DNA from: Epiperipatus broadwayi
Taxonomy: Eukaryota > Animalia > Onychophora
DNA length: 64,000 nt
Assembly (NCBI GenBank): GCA_028023455.1
Contig: JAQFVV010000010.1
Location: forward strand, 868,001-932,000
Direction of reading: 5' to 3'
Shown here: one piece after another, positions 63,961 to 64,000 of the stretch
Layout: each line of letters begins with the position of its first letter
How positions within the stretch are numbered: the stretch's first letter is position 1
Notes under the pieces: generated by a model
What the model saw: the letters and a program-made list of their open reading frames with translations, nothing else
The model's database searches: none
What the model was told of the DNA's origin: nothing
Made by a program: the position numbers and the translations under genes

Positions 63961-64000
63961 CAATTGGGCAAGCCAATATTAGATATATTATGGAGAACAA

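Overview
Very AT-rich, CpG-depleted eukaryotic (animal-like) genomic DNA, mostly intergenic or intronic and dominated by decayed retroelements. The organism cannot be determined from the sequence. There is no CRISPR array, rRNA or intact tRNA gene. Two plausible host coding exons encode small two-TM proteins: 12823-13272 (+) and 58936-59532 (-), the latter PIRT/TMEM100-like. A ~3.1 kb direct duplication (1-3081 and 5459-8505) brackets a tRNA-Lys-type PBS and an uninterrupted 336-aa ORF made of a coiled coil plus a partial capsid (Gag-like). Two decayed Mag-type Ty3/Gypsy elements retain both LTRs (about 15.5-22.0 kb and 25497-30701), and a third LTR remnant is internally deleted (44.4-46.0 kb). 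There are four pieces of an L1/Tx1-like LINE family, one other LINE fragment, and three copies of a ~95-nt tRNA-derived SINE. The most notable signal is a set of foldback (inverted-repeat) elements at 33.0-33.3, 33.7-34.2 and 38.3-39.2 kb, plus a weak one at 59.7-59.9 kb. Their arms carry minimal type I hammerhead ribozyme motifs that always point away from the hairpin apex. Two of these hammerheads (35128-35169 and 38376-38419, both - strand) have a complete core and three helices. All alignments, folds and identity estimates were made by eye and need computational confirmation.
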